Shown one piece after another: positions 63,610 to 64,000 of a stretch of DNA of 64,000 nt. Numbering within the stretch: the stretch's first letter is position 1; every line of letters begins with the position of its first letter. The position numbers were made by a program, and so were the translations under genes. Location: assembly GCF_035481345.1 (NCBI RefSeq), contig NZ_DATIGV010000020.1, positions 2,727-66,726 on the forward strand, read 5' to 3'. This stretch comes from Hydrogenophaga sp. GTDB lineage: Bacteria; Pseudomonadota; Gammaproteobacteria; Burkholderiales; Burkholderiaceae_C. The notes below the pieces were generated by a model that was given only the letters and a program-made list of their open reading frames with translations, was not told the origin of the DNA and made no database searches.

Positions 63610-64000
63610 TCAACCACCACCTTGCCGGCGTCGATGACCACGGTGTCGTCCAGCGACACCGTGCAGCCGCGCAGCGGGAAATCGAAGTGCCCGCGCGTGT
63701 GCCGGCCCGCGACCTCGTTGGCGCCGGTGCTGTAGAGGAAGTTGCCGGCGAAGGCGCGCAGTTCGGTGCCGTTGAAGTCGCGCTTGTCGTAGAGCGCCAT
63801 GCTGTCCCAGCGCGCGCGTTCATTGAGCCCGTAACCCACGTGGCTCACGGCATAGGCCCTGGGCTCGCCCCAGGCGGCGTAGTGGCCGCGCAGCAGCTCG
63901 GCGTCGACGCCGTTGCCCTCGATGCGTGTCACGGTGTCGGATTCGATGCGCAGCGTGATGGGCCGCTCGATGTAGCGCTTGAAGGTGAGGTTCACGTCGC
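63606..64000 (-). CDS. C-terminal part of an aminopeptidase-T-like / 2,5-dihydroxypyridine-dioxygenase (NicX)-like protein (gene continues past the right edge); tentative
   Basis: ORF 63606..63995 is open to the window edge. AFAGNFLYSTGANEVAGRHTRGHFDFPLRGCTV resembles NicX/M29-like proteins from memory only. Its stop overlaps the hydrolase start. Confidence 0.45.
   Translation of the reverse strand, partial: DVNLTFKRYIERPITLRIESDTVTRIEGNGVDAELLRGHYAAWGEPRAYAVSHVGYGLNERARWDSMALYDKRDFNGTELRAFAGNFLYSTGANEVAGRHTRGHFDFPLRGCTVSLDDTVVIDAGKVVVE

Noticed and set aside
61505-63823. A single 772-aa ORF spanning the ACAD gene, the hydrolase region and part of the edge gene.
   Set aside because: The upstream two-thirds is Arg/Ala/Pro-rich frame noise. 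The real genes are the ACAD from the ATG at 62770, plus separate ORFs 62794..63609 and 63606..>64000 in other frames.

Overview
High-GC chromosomal segment whose gene content looks betaproteobacterial, possibly Comamonadaceae-like (impression only, no search was possible). I can support about 60 protein genes. I recognised no rRNA, tRNA, CRISPR array, transposase or integrase.

Gene order, left to right:
- glcE-glcF.
- glnK-amtB with a sigma-54 promoter and an NtrC-type site.
- comM, a DUF985 cupin and a six-bladed NHL-propeller lipoprotein.
- The large pterin/B12/activation piece of a split methionine synthase.
- A GAF-type sigma-54 activator, followed by a palindromic UAS, a consensus -24/-12 promoter and a four-gene operon encoding a rhodanese, an OsmC-family protein, an ACAD-fold protein and a rubredoxin-fused reductase.
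- A visibly lower-GC islet with an unknown 256-aa gene translationally coupled to a PIN-domain gene.
- A long co-directional block: Urt-like ABC importer, formamidase fmdA/fmdB, aliphatic amidase amiE, a NorQ/NorD-type MoxR-VWA pair and an RlmN/Cfr-family radical SAM gene.
- A hybrid histidine kinase whose sensor is a purine/cytosine-permease (NCS1-like) domain, with a LuxR-type response regulator.
- SDR, LysR and pirin genes.
- A cynABD-cynS cyanate operon with a sigma-54 promoter.
- A NarXL-like two-component pair.
- A yybP-ykoY Mn riboswitch upstream of terC.
- The small homocysteine-binding piece of MetH.
- A rhodanese, recQ, a Phd-like/NTase toxin-antitoxin-like pair and a tandem AAA+ ATPase.
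- Threonine dehydratase, a thioesterase, pckG, regulators, uspA, a dadA-like gene and a catabolic cluster that is cut by the right edge.

Candidates for something undescribed, in my order of interest:
1. The sigma-54 sulfur/redox operon (11023-16752).
2. The low-GC 256-aa + PIN module (16771-18014).
3. The permease-domain sensor kinase next to the amide-utilisation genes (29453-32893).
4. The MoxR/VWA pair and RlmN-like gene attached to the amidases.
5. The tandem AAA+ ATPase beside the TA pair.

All calls rest on reading the ORF translations and the DNA by eye. Small hand-mapped elements may be off by 1-2 nt. Long ORFs antisense or out of frame to recognised genes are treated as high-GC shadow ORFs.
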